Below are positions 1 through 8,368 of a stretch of 32,038 nucleotides of DNA, piece after piece. The translations under genes and the position numbers were made by a program. The first letter of the stretch is position 1, and every line of letters starts with the position of its first letter. This DNA is from a virus, in IMG/VR virus record IMGVR_UViG_3300029241_000080; one strand, given 5' to 3'. A model generated the notes under the pieces. That model had not been told where the DNA came from, made no database searches, and saw nothing but the letters and a program-made list of their open reading frames with translations.

Positions 1-99
1 CTCCGGCGGCCTTACTTTGCCCAATTATTTATTATCCGTCAGCTGCTTCACGCTCTGATTCAGCCCCGTCGCCGCCCATCCGGACACGATGCCGACGGC
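1..99. repeat. Terminal direct repeat, left copy (circular-closure overlap)
   Basis: Bases 1-99 are letter-for-letter identical to 31940-32038. The repeat contains the 3' end of the holin gene and one arm of a terminator hairpin, so it is an overlap of a circular or concatemeric sequence rather than an independent element. Confidence 0.95.
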
Positions 100-291
100 C
101 GCAGCGTTGAGCCAGTCGTGCGCCGGAAAGTCCGGCACACCCATCGCCCAGGCGACGACGCCAAGGATCAGGCCGGTCGCGCCGCAGATGATCGGGATCC
201 ACTTGTCCGCGGTCTCGGTCGCCTTGACGGCCATGCCCAGCAGATACGCGATGGCGGTGATCGCCGCCACAGATGCAATACCAAGTTCCAT
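25..291 (-). CDS. Putative holin (small multi-TM lysis protein)
   Basis: 88 aa with three hydrophobic segments (AAITAIAYLLGMAV, IPIICGATGLILGVVAWAM, AAAVGIVSGWAATGL) and a polar C-terminus. It is the last gene of the lysis cassette, downstream of the amidase, and is followed by a strong terminator. Confidence 0.7.
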   Translation of the reverse strand: MELGIASVAAITAIAYLLGMAVKATETADKWIPIICGATGLILGVVAWAMGVPDFPAHDWLNAAAVGIVSGWAATGLNQSVKQLTDNK

Positions 292-306
292 AATGATGTC
301 CTCCTC

Positions 307-579
307 TTAATTTTTGTGCTCCAGATCATCGATCCGGTGATTGGCCACCTTGATGCGCTCGCCGAGGAGCTCGGTGCACTCCTCCAGCTTATATGTACGC
401 GCGATGACCTGATTGTGCTTGTCCACCTTGCGCTCGAGCTGCTCAATGCGATACGCCTGCAGCTCGTCGCGCTTGTCCAGCTCCGCGATCAGCTTGTTGT
501 GCTGCGCGCGGCTGTTGATGAGGCCGACCACAATGGCGGCCGCTGCGCTGACCAGCGCGGCAATGACAACCTCCGACAT
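307..579 (-). CDS. Lysis-cassette membrane protein, BhlA/XhlA-like (N-terminal TM plus coiled coil)
   Basis: 90 aa with an N-terminal TM helix (VVIAALVSAAAAIVVGLI) followed by a charged helical or coiled-coil region. It sits between the endolysin and the holin, as in Firmicute phage lysis cassettes. Confidence 0.55.
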   Translation of the reverse strand: MSEVVIAALVSAAAAIVVGLINSRAQHNKLIAELDKRDELQAYRIEQLERKVDKHNQVIARTYKLEECTELLGERIKVANHRIDDLEHKN

Positions 580-586
580 CCGCGCC

Positions 587-1522
587 TCACTTCCTGCTGC
601 CAGCGGTGTCCATCATCCGCTGGCACACGAGCATCGTGCGCAGCATGTCCAGCGACAAGTCCAGCTTGCCGTTTCCGACACCGCTGAGTACATCCCGGTC
701 GATCAGCCGCTGCGTCTCCTCGCGCGCCCAGCCGGGCACGTCGTCGATCGTGGCGTATCTGGGGCTGCGCGCGTCCGAGTACCGCTTGCCGATCACCATG
801 CCGCGGATCATATCCAGCGACAGGTCCAGCCGCCCCTGATCGTCACCCTGCAGCGCGCCCGCGTCCATCAGCGCGCGCACCGTGTCCTGCGCCCAGCCGG
901 GCACGTCGTCAATGCTGTCGTATCTTACCATGTCGTCGTCCTCCTCGTCTGTATTTCCTGCGGTCATCTTGGCCGCAACGTCCGCCCGAAAGCCGTCCAT
1001 CGTCAGCCCAAACGCCCGCCATAGGTGTGTGGGATCTGCGTGCGCGCTGGCGATGCCTCTTGCCGCGCCCTCGGCGTGGCTGATGATAACGCCGTCCTCC
1101 AGCGGGTCCAGCGCGTACTGCGTGCACAGCTGCGCGAAAAGCTCCACGGCTGCGGCATACGTCCCGCGCACGTGCGCCTCGGTCGCAGCCGGGTCAAGGT
1201 CGCGCCAGCTCGCGCCGCCGGTATAGACGATGGACGCAGGCTCCGTCATCTCGATGCCGATGTGCGTTGCGTTCGCTGTGCCACCACAGTGCCACGCGCG
1301 CATGGTGTACGGCAGCGTCTGGTAGTACGTCCCGTCGCGCTGGATAAAGCCGTGCACGCACACGCTCCGTCCGCCCGGCTGGTACTGGTTGTAGCTGCGC
1401 GCCATCACCGCCGCGTTAGGCTGCGGCACACCGATGCTGTGCAGCATGATGCCCTGCGGCGTCAGCGGCGTCGCCACCTGATAGCACTTGTTTTTGGTGG
1501 CAAAAGCCTCCACGATGTCCAT
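587..1522 (-). CDS. Endolysin: N-acetylmuramoyl-L-alanine amidase (Amidase_2/PGRP type) with two C-terminal wall-binding repeats
   Basis: The N-terminal about 190 aa carry Amidase_2-like motifs (GIMLHSIG, AWHCGGTANATHIGIEM, ISHAE). The C-terminus has two tandem repeats of about 50 aa (IDDVPGWA...LDLSLDM.R). Confidence 0.85.
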   Translation of the reverse strand: MDIVEAFATKNKCYQVATPLTPQGIMLHSIGVPQPNAAVMARSYNQYQPGGRSVCVHGFIQRDGTYYQTLPYTMRAWHCGGTANATHIGIEMTEPASIVYTGGASWRDLDPAATEAHVRGTYAAAVELFAQLCTQYALDPLEDGVIISHAEGAARGIASAHADPTHLWRAFGLTMDGFRADVAAKMTAGNTDEEDDDMVRYDSIDDVPGWAQDTVRALMDAGALQGDDQGRLDLSLDMIRGMVIGKRYSDARSPRYATIDDVPGWAREETQRLIDRDVLSGVGNGKLDLSLDMLRTMLVCQRMMDTAGSRK

Positions 1523-1525
1523 CCT

Positions 1526-1921
1526 TTACACCTCCGTCCAGCCGTACACGCCGGGCTCCCATACGTTGTTGTCGGCAGTTGACTCCCATGTTTTGCCGTT
1601 GTGCGTCACTTTGTCGCCCTTTTGGTAGGGATTTGTGCTGTCCGGCTGCTGCCACTCGCCGATGCCGGTGCCGCCCTGGCCGGGCAGCACCTCGGCGAAA
1701 AGCGACGGCGCGGCCGGCGGCGTCCAGTCTGCCTGGCTGGTGTGCGCCTGCAGCACCTTGTACAGCTTGCCGTCATACACCACCCGGTCTCCGGCAGCGT
1801 AAGGGACTCCTACTGCAAAGCCTGGGTACAGGCACTGTGCCTCCACGGCCTTGGTGTCGTCCAGCGCCTGCGCAGCCAGATCGATCGCCGCGCGGTAAGC
1901 CATCGCGTCCTTACGTGTCAT
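1526..1921 (-). CDS. Carbohydrate-binding protein with two CBM5/12-like repeats
   Basis: Motifs YAAGDRVVYDGKLYKVLQAHTSQADWTPPAAPSLF and YQKGDKVTHNGKTWESTADNNVWEPGVYGW match the chitin-binding-type CBM5/12 pattern. The start is set at ATG 1921, which has GGGAGGTG about 6 nt upstream. The longer track ORF is an Arg-rich read-through. Confidence 0.7.
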   Translation of the reverse strand: MTRKDAMAYRAAIDLAAQALDDTKAVEAQCLYPGFAVGVPYAAGDRVVYDGKLYKVLQAHTSQADWTPPAAPSLFAEVLPGQGGTGIGEWQQPDSTNPYQKGDKVTHNGKTWESTADNNVWEPGVYGWTEV

Positions 1922-2141
1922 CAGCAGCACCTCCCGTGATGATCCGCAGCGCCTCCGTGTCGCTGATCTCCTCGCCGGGCGCATCGATCTCCGTCCAGCC
2001 GTCGGTCGTGTCTACGTCGACGCAGGTGTAGGTCGTCACGCCAGCGTCGTTAGTCAGCAGCTTGCCGCTGTCTGCCACGATATTGATGCGGCTGCGCTTT
2101 GTGCCGTCTCCGTATGTATACAAGATGTGTCTTTGCCTCAT
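1911..2141 (-). CDS. Hypothetical small tail-module protein
   Basis: 76-aa ORF packed tightly between the LRR gene and the CBM gene, overlapping both neighbours by a few nt. No recognisable motif. Confidence 0.5.
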   Translation of the reverse strand: MRQRHILYTYGDGTKRSRINIVADSGKLLTNDAGVTTYTCVDVDTTDGWTEIDAPGEEISDTEALRIITGGAADDT

Positions 2142-2968
2142 GCTGTCACCTCCGGCGTCGATGTGATGATGGTGTCGCCAGCCGCATAGGTAGCGCCGTT
2201 GTAGGTCGTATCCTCCGCCGCCTTAATTATGATCGTTGCATTGATAGCACCATTACGGATGTTTGATACGGCTGTATCAGCATCCGCTCCAGCAACATAG
2301 ATCTCTACGACCAGATTTTTGTTTGTGCAACCGCTAAACGTCGTTTTTGATGTCCTCGTGCACGGTTTTCCAACGCCACCGATTTTGCAGTTGACAAGCG
2401 CTGTGTTGCGACCGAGCGCGGCGTAAGAGCTGTCAGTACTGCCCTCGGTGAAAGCCACGCTACCATCGATAACGATATCTGTAAGGCTGCTGCACTTGTT
2501 GCACAAATTGTAGTGTATATTGCCATCCGCGTGGACTGTCAATTTGGTAATGCCGCCGCAATTTTGGAAAATGCCGCCGTTTGGATATTCTGTGACAAGC
2601 GCGAGGTCAACGTCTCCGAGGGCCAACGACTGAACATTGAAAAACGCTTTATCGCCGATTGACGTGATTGCACCAAAATCAACCCCGGTCAGCTCCTGCA
2701 AACTGACATTATTATGAAACGCGCGCGGGCCTATTGCTGTTATAGTCTGCTTTGCATTAACTTTTGCGAGGCGGTGGAAAGGATTATCCGCCTCATACTG
2801 GCACCCAAACTGCTCTACGCAAATTTGATGTCCGTAAAAGTCCACTACCGTGGCATACCCGTCCGCGTCTCGCGCCTTGACGACGATGCCGTCCGTGATA
2901 GCGTCTCCGCCTCCGCCGCCAGACCCGCCGCCGAGCCTGCGCGCAAGGATCACATCCTTTGCTGTCAC
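2138..2968 (-). CDS. BspA-type leucine-rich-repeat (LRR_5-like) protein, tail-associated
   Basis: Repeated IxxIGxxAFxxxxxLxxL units (TAIGPRAFHNNVSLQEL, ITSIGDKAFFNVQSLAL, and others). The start is set at GTG 2968, with GGAGGTG 5 nt upstream and a GTGA overlap with the stop of the upstream gene. GC is visibly lower than in the flanks. Confidence 0.7.
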   Translation of the reverse strand: MTAKDVILARRLGGGSGGGGGDAITDGIVVKARDADGYATVVDFYGHQICVEQFGCQYEADNPFHRLAKVNAKQTITAIGPRAFHNNVSLQELTGVDFGAITSIGDKAFFNVQSLALGDVDLALVTEYPNGGIFQNCGGITKLTVHADGNIHYNLCNKCSSLTDIVIDGSVAFTEGSTDSSYAALGRNTALVNCKIGGVGKPCTRTSKTTFSGCTNKNLVVEIYVAGADADTAVSNIRNGAINATIIIKAAEDTTYNGATYAAGDTIITSTPEVTA

Positions 2969-3165
2969 TTTGCCACCTCCGCCCAGCTGCCGTCGAGCGC
3001 CTTTTGCTTGATCTGATCGTACCCTGCCGTGTAGATGATCGTGCCGGCCGCCTGCTCGCGGCCGAGCGCTGCGTCGATCTCCGCGCCGGTCTTTGCCATG
3101 ATTGCCGCGCTTACCATGATCTCCGTGGGCACCCACGCGCGATTATCTGTGATTACATGATCCAT
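2965..3165 (-). CDS. Hypothetical small tail-module protein
   Basis: 66-aa ORF with GGAGGTG upstream of ATG 3165. Its stop overlaps the start of the LRR gene, which suggests translational coupling. Confidence 0.5.
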   Translation of the reverse strand: MDHVITDNRAWVPTEIMVSAAIMAKTGAEIDAALGREQAAGTIIYTAGYDQIKQKALDGSWAEVAK

Positions 3166-3207
3166 ATAGCACCTCCGTTTGCTTTTTGCTTGTCATACGA
3201 TGTCCCA

Positions 3208-5151
3208 TTACTTGTATCTGCCTACGACGTAGTAGCTGATGCGTGGAGTTAGTATCGTCGCCGTGGTAGGCCGTGCGAGTGCATACGCCGGCGCGCGGGT
3301 AAGCAGATCGTCGCTTGCGCCAAAAGTGGATATCAGCCAAGCGTCCTTATCCCCGCCGCTATAAGACGCCGATACCAACGGCGTGGCGATAAAAGCAAAA
3401 GGATACTGCCGTGCTGTGACGTTGCTCGGCAAGTCCATCCACGTGCCATAGTACATGCTGCCCCACGCGGACGTGATCGCAATCTGATCGACGCCGGATA
3501 CCGCCCACAGCTCCGCAATGCCGCTGCTCCACTTGCGCCACGTCCAAAAGTCATTCGCCCCCTGCTCGGTGACATAGTCCGAGCCGGTGACGACGCTATC
3601 CGCATATGCTTTTGCCGCGTCCAGCGCCGTTTTTACCGCGTATGGCGTGGCTGCAAGCACCTTGCTGATGGAATCGATTCTGGTCGACAGCATGGTTGTG
3701 CCGTAGTGCGACAGGCTCGCACGCACGGCGATGGCAGCATCCGTCTCCGCCTTGGTGTAGTAATCTCTGCCAGACATGGCGCCGATGTCGGCCAGCAGCT
3801 CGGCCGGTGTGCGATAGTACACCCAGCCAGACTCATCCAGTACGGCGATCTTGCCGGGTACGCGGCCGAGGTCGGTTGCCTCTGTTGTCTGCAGCCATGT
3901 ACCGGTAAAGTACTTGCCGGCGACATTGCCCGTAAAAGTCCCGCCGGACTTGTCCATCTTATCGCCCAGGGCAGTCTTGTCGGCCTTGGTGTCCAGCGCG
4001 GCCTTGATCGCCCGGTTTTGCACCGGATTTGTGGATGTGTCAGATAGCGCGCTGTCCACGTCGATCCCTCCGCCAGACGCAGCCACAGACCCGCCCGCTG
4101 ACCCGCCGCCGGAGGCGACGGCGCCGGTCAGCGTCTTACTGCCCCAGCCAAGCGTCAGGCTGTCTTTGTCGCCGACGAGACTTGTGTCCACTTTGGACAC
4201 CGTCATCACGGCGTCGATGCCGTGCGGCGGCGACACCACGCGCACGCTGTCGCCGACATCAAAAGGCTCCAGCTCCGTGTCTGCACCGGACAGGTCCGCC
4301 GCGCTGACCTCGATTCCACGCGACAGGCCGCAGTTTTTGGCAAGATAAGACGCCGCCGTCGACTTAAGCACGGCAGGATCATCCGTGTCTACCTGCACCG
4401 TACCGTCGATGCGGCCATACAGCGCCTCGGCGTCTGCGTTGATCAGATACGGGACCCCGCCGTTTACGCTGTCGATCGTCAGCCCGTCCTTGCCGACTGG
4501 GTAGACGCGCGTCAGCAAGTTCGCGCCGTCGATTTTGTCGGTAAGATTTAGTAAATTTTTGCGGATGTCCACCTGCTGTGTGCACATATGGCGATAGCTT
4601 TTGTGCACATCCAGGTATACGTTGCCTCCGGAGTATCGCAGGCGCATCGTCCCGCCAACGGCCGTCATGGCCTCCTGCAGCAGCGACAGCGTAGATACAT
4701 ACTCTGTATGCTGCACGGACAGCGTCGGCAGCGCGGAGTCCACCGTACCAAGCAAGATCTTACGCGCAGGTGCGCACGCAGCGTTATACTGCGTCAGCAG
4801 CGCGGTGACGTAGTACTCCACGGTGCTTGGTGACAGCGTAAAAGGTGCTTTGCATATATCGTCCAGCCACAGCATCGCACCGTCCACGCTATAGGTGCGG
4901 CTGCCGCGCAGATCCGTGGACGTGTCAGTCAAGCTGCCGCGAAAGATCTCCGTCCCGTCTTTTTGGATCGAGATCACGGATGCGCGCTTGATCGGCACGT
5001 CGCGCATGGCGTTGGACGGCGGCAGCACAAAATCCGCCGAGTCGATCTCGCCGACTGCGCGGTGCAGCGTGCCGGCAGAGATCTCGCGCCCGGCCATGCC
5101 GACCGCAAAAAGCAGCGTACCGTCTGTATAGCCAGCGTACATCAGATCCAC
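3208..5151 (-). CDS. Tail-associated lysin-like (Tal) / tail fibre, receptor-binding protein
   Basis: About 645 aa, positioned directly after Dit. It has a siphovirus Tal-like N-terminal part, Gly/Ser linkers (GGGSAGGSVAASGGG) and a fibre motif (SDTSTNPVQNRAIKAALDTKADK). The start is either GTG 5151 or ATG 5142; the latter forms an ATGA overlap with the Dit stop. Confidence 0.8.
   Translation of the reverse strand: MDLMYAGYTDGTLLFAVGMAGREISAGTLHRAVGEIDSADFVLPPSNAMRDVPIKRASVISIQKDGTEIFRGSLTDTSTDLRGSRTYSVDGAMLWLDDICKAPFTLSPSTVEYYVTALLTQYNAACAPARKILLGTVDSALPTLSVQHTEYVSTLSLLQEAMTAVGGTMRLRYSGGNVYLDVHKSYRHMCTQQVDIRKNLLNLTDKIDGANLLTRVYPVGKDGLTIDSVNGGVPYLINADAEALYGRIDGTVQVDTDDPAVLKSTAASYLAKNCGLSRGIEVSAADLSGADTELEPFDVGDSVRVVSPPHGIDAVMTVSKVDTSLVGDKDSLTLGWGSKTLTGAVASGGGSAGGSVAASGGGIDVDSALSDTSTNPVQNRAIKAALDTKADKTALGDKMDKSGGTFTGNVAGKYFTGTWLQTTEATDLGRVPGKIAVLDESGWVYYRTPAELLADIGAMSGRDYYTKAETDAAIAVRASLSHYGTTMLSTRIDSISKVLAATPYAVKTALDAAKAYADSVVTGSDYVTEQGANDFWTWRKWSSGIAELWAVSGVDQIAITSAWGSMYYGTWMDLPSNVTARQYPFAFIATPLVSASYSGGDKDAWLISTFGASDDLLTRAPAYALARPTTATILTPRISYYVVGRYK
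4184..4200. repeat. 17-bp palindrome GTGTCCA-CTT-TGGACAC, copy a (inside the Tal gene)
   Basis: Exact match, read directly. It encodes V-S-K-V-D-T in the Tal frame, just before the Gly-rich linker. Confidence 0.95.
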
Positions 5152-6146
5152 CCCCTCCGCCCGGTAAGCGTAAGCTCGCCGGCCGCGCCGCCGATCGCGT
5201 ATGCGTAGTCCGGCGTCTTGCGGATCTGCAGATACGGGCTGGATGTCTCGCGGTCGCCGAGCGTCGCCGGGGCATACGTGCGATCACAGCGATAGATCTG
5301 CACACGGCCTTGGTCGGAAGCCGGATACATCAGCCGGTCGCTGCACAGCCCGGCAAGCGATCCGGGCTGCGCGCGGAAAAGCTTGATGTTGCTTGCTGTG
5401 CACCCGCCGGGGTTGATCGTCTCCAGCATCATGTACAGCCCGCCGACCGGCACGCTGGAGATCCACCTGCTTTTGCCGTCGCCATATGGCTTACCGGATA
5501 CGTCCACGATGGTATACCACCCGCCGGTGATATCCGCGGACACAAGGCAGCTTCCGGCGGTCGGCCATGGCAGCCGGAAGCGTGCGTAGCCATACACGCC
5601 GCCACCGGTGTCGACAACGGACTTGATGCGTAGCACGCTGCTTGCTCCGTCTCCGACGACGTCAAAGTTTTCGTCGACCGATGACGATGATCCGACCGCA
5701 GTCACGCTCCGCCCGATCAGGACGTTGTCCGACGCCGCGAGCATCGGGATCTTTACGGATACCTCGGCGTCATCCAGCCGGTAAGGGTCGGCGTTGATCG
5801 TCAGGTCAAAGATCGTGCGATCCAGCGATGTGTCCGGCGTGCCGACCGCGCACCGCCCGATGTAGTAGCCGTCGCGGCCGTCTAGCTCCAGCTTTCGCCG
5901 CTGCCCATGCACGGCAGCGGCGAAAGCATAAAAGTCAAAAGATCCATGCGGGCAAAAGCCAAGCTTGAGCTTGATCTGGCGGTTGCCAAAGACAGGCTCG
6001 CCGGTCAGCGCGTCGGTAAGATCCAGCTCGCCGTCCGCGCCGGGGACGCTGACGGTCTGCGTTTTTACGGTCGGCAGCCCGATCTGCACGCCCATCAGCT
6101 GCAGGCCGTCGTACTGCACGCCGCCAATTTTACAAGATAGTGCCAT
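5142..6146 (-). CDS. Distal tail protein (Dit, Sipho_tail family)
   Basis: Lies directly after the tape measure gene. The start is ATG 6146, with a TAATG overlap onto the TMP stop and GGAGGA upstream. The N-terminus MALSCKIGGVQYDGL...GELDLTDALTGEPVFGNRQIKL is typical of Dit. The 433-aa track ORF is an Arg-rich upstream extension. Confidence 0.8.
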   Translation of the reverse strand: MALSCKIGGVQYDGLQLMGVQIGLPTVKTQTVSVPGADGELDLTDALTGEPVFGNRQIKLKLGFCPHGSFDFYAFAAAVHGQRRKLELDGRDGYYIGRCAVGTPDTSLDRTIFDLTINADPYRLDDAEVSVKIPMLAASDNVLIGRSVTAVGSSSSVDENFDVVGDGASSVLRIKSVVDTGGGVYGYARFRLPWPTAGSCLVSADITGGWYTIVDVSGKPYGDGKSRWISSVPVGGLYMMLETINPGGCTASNIKLFRAQPGSLAGLCSDRLMYPASDQGRVQIYRCDRTYAPATLGDRETSSPYLQIRKTPDYAYAIGGAAGELTLTGRRGWI

Positions 6147-8368
6147 TAGATAGTCCTCCGTGCCTTGCTTGTATAGATGCCGCCGAGTGCGTAGTCCATG
6201 CGCGTGGCGACCGAGCCGACAAGTGCGTCTCCGTCCATATAGATCTGCATCCCTGCGATTGCGCGCTCGAGGCGGTCCATGCGCTCGAGCACGGCAGCGA
6301 CGTCGCCGCCGGCGCCCGGAGCAGCGGCCGATTGCAGCGTAGCCGACTGCGCATACAGTCCCTGCATATCCACGCCGACGACGTACTGCGGCTGCAGCGA
6401 CTCGCCGATCTGGCGATTGATGTCGCCGATCGCATCGCTCCATCCGACGCCGATGCCGGCCGCCATATTTTGCCCGATATCCGCAAAGACGCGCGACGGG
6501 CTATTAATCTTAAGTAGTTTCTTGATCCAGTCGACAAGCCCCGTAAACAGGCCAGACACATCCGACTTAAGCCGCTGCCACTGCTCGACGATGCCCTGCC
6601 GCACGCCGTCCACGACGGACTTGCCGATGTACCAGTAGGACTTAACATTAGCCAAAAAGCCGCGGACGATCGTCTCCACCAGCCGCGGCACAGCCGCGAC
6701 GATGTGCCCGGCGTTGGACACAAGCCCGGACGCCAGCGCGATGACGATCTCGATGCCCACGCCGATGATCTCCGGCAGCATCGCGTAAAAAGACTCCACG
6801 AGATTTGTGATGATGCCAGGGACGGCATCGATCAGCTGCGGGATCGCCGCGATAAGCCCGCGGGCAAGTGCCAGCATCAGCTGCATCGCAGCCTGGATCA
6901 GCAGCGTGATCGACTCCGGGGACGTGATCTTGTCCACGATGCCTAGCAGCGCGGACATCGCTGCCGTCATGATGCCCGGCAGCTGATCCGCGATGCCGAG
7001 CAGCAGCGCGCCCACCAGCTCGATCGCCGTGCCCGTCAGATCCGGCGTCGCCAAAAGCAGCCCCGTCACCAATGCGCCGATAAAGGCAAGCGCTGCCGGG
7101 ATTGCCTGCGGCGCGTATGATACCAGCTGCGCGGACAGCGATGCGATCAGGCTGCCGGCGACGCGCGAAAAGCCATCTATGCCATCGTCCTCAAACGCCG
7201 TCGTCAGCTGGTCGACGGCGTCGATCGCCGTCGGAAGCAGCGTCGACAGCATCGCATCTGATACCGGCTGCATCAGCTCGCCCAGCATCGCGTTGACGTT
7301 GTCTTGCAATGTCGACGTCAGACCGGCGACCGTCTTACTGGCCGCCTCCATGCCGCCGGCAAATTTGCCGCCCGCGTCCGTCGCGTGATTTACCGCCTGC
7401 GTCAGCTCCTCGGCGGAGATGCTGCCGGCGGCCATGCGCTTTTGCACATCCTCCATGCTTTCGCCCGTCTGATCGCAGATGTCGATCAGCGGGTTCCAGC
7501 CGGCGTCGATCATCATCTGGACGGTCTCGCCGGTCAGCTTGCCCTGCGCCGTGGCTTTGCCGTAGGCGCGGGCGAGCGACTGCATCTTGTCGGCATTGCC
7601 GAGCGAGATGTCGCCAAGGCGCTGCAGCGTGCCGGACACGTCGTCCGACGCCACGCCAAAGGCAAGCAGTGTCTGCGCGCCGCCGGCGAGGTCCGACATG
7701 GCCAGCGGTGTGGCCGCCGCCAGCTTTTGCAGGCTTCCGACCATGCCGTTGGCAGCCTCCGAGCTCCCGCCGAGCATCGTCTTGAAGTTTGTGACGTACC
7801 CCTCCATCGCCTGGTTGTATTCCAGGCCGGCGGATACCATCTTTTTTGCGCCGTCCGCGACGGTGCTCACGGCTGCCTTGATCGCGCTCGAGGCGAGATC
7901 CGCCATCACGCCCTTTAAGACGGTCCATCCGCCGGAGGCTTTTTCGGCCTTTTCGCCGGCCTCCTCGGCTGCGTCACCGACATCAGCGACGGCGTCGTCC
8001 GTGCCGGAGGCAGCTGCCTCCAGCCGCGTGAGCTGCTGGCGCGTCGACTCGATCTCTCGCTCAAAATCACGGTACTGCTCCGGGCTGATCTTGCCATCGG
8101 CCAGCTGCTTGGACATCGACTCCTGCGCCGCGATCAGCATCTTAAGCTTGTCCTTTGCGCCAGCGATCGACTCGGCGAGGATGTCCTGCTTTTGCGCAAG
8201 CAGGACGGTGTTGGTGGGATCAAGCTTAAGCAGCGACTCGACGCCGCGTAGCTCGCCGCTCAAATCTTTTGCAGACTTGCGCGCCTTAAGGATCGCGTCG
8301 CCAAGCTTTGTGGTGTCGCCGCCGATCTCGACGGTGATGCCCTTAAGTGTCGTACCTTTGCCGCTCAA
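6146..8368 (-). CDS. Tail tape measure protein
   Basis: 740 aa with an N-terminal coiled coil, a central TMP core-like region (LAMSDLAGGAQTLLAFG) and long hydrophobic Ala/Leu/Ile stretches. It occupies the canonical position after the chaperone pair. Confidence 0.92.
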   Translation of the reverse strand: MSGKGTTLKGITVEIGGDTTKLGDAILKARKSAKDLSGELRGVESLLKLDPTNTVLLAQKQDILAESIAGAKDKLKMLIAAQESMSKQLADGKISPEQYRDFEREIESTRQQLTRLEAAASGTDDAVADVGDAAEEAGEKAEKASGGWTVLKGVMADLASSAIKAAVSTVADGAKKMVSAGLEYNQAMEGYVTNFKTMLGGSSEAANGMVGSLQKLAAATPLAMSDLAGGAQTLLAFGVASDDVSGTLQRLGDISLGNADKMQSLARAYGKATAQGKLTGETVQMMIDAGWNPLIDICDQTGESMEDVQKRMAAGSISAEELTQAVNHATDAGGKFAGGMEAASKTVAGLTSTLQDNVNAMLGELMQPVSDAMLSTLLPTAIDAVDQLTTAFEDDGIDGFSRVAGSLIASLSAQLVSYAPQAIPAALAFIGALVTGLLLATPDLTGTAIELVGALLLGIADQLPGIMTAAMSALLGIVDKITSPESITLLIQAAMQLMLALARGLIAAIPQLIDAVPGIITNLVESFYAMLPEIIGVGIEIVIALASGLVSNAGHIVAAVPRLVETIVRGFLANVKSYWYIGKSVVDGVRQGIVEQWQRLKSDVSGLFTGLVDWIKKLLKINSPSRVFADIGQNMAAGIGVGWSDAIGDINRQIGESLQPQYVVGVDMQGLYAQSATLQSAAAPGAGGDVAAVLERMDRLERAIAGMQIYMDGDALVGSVATRMDYALGGIYTSKARRTI

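Noticed and set aside
5142-6443. Long Arg-rich N-terminal extensions of several track ORFs (for example 5142..6443, 2138..3136, 20478..21293, 21020..22435, 23320..24741, 25513..25956, 1526..1984)
   Set aside because: The extensions overlap the 3' ends of upstream genes in another frame and are Arg/Gly/Ala-rich. Internal ATG or GTG codons with good SDs coincide with the start of recognisable protein sequence, so the starts were moved accordingly.
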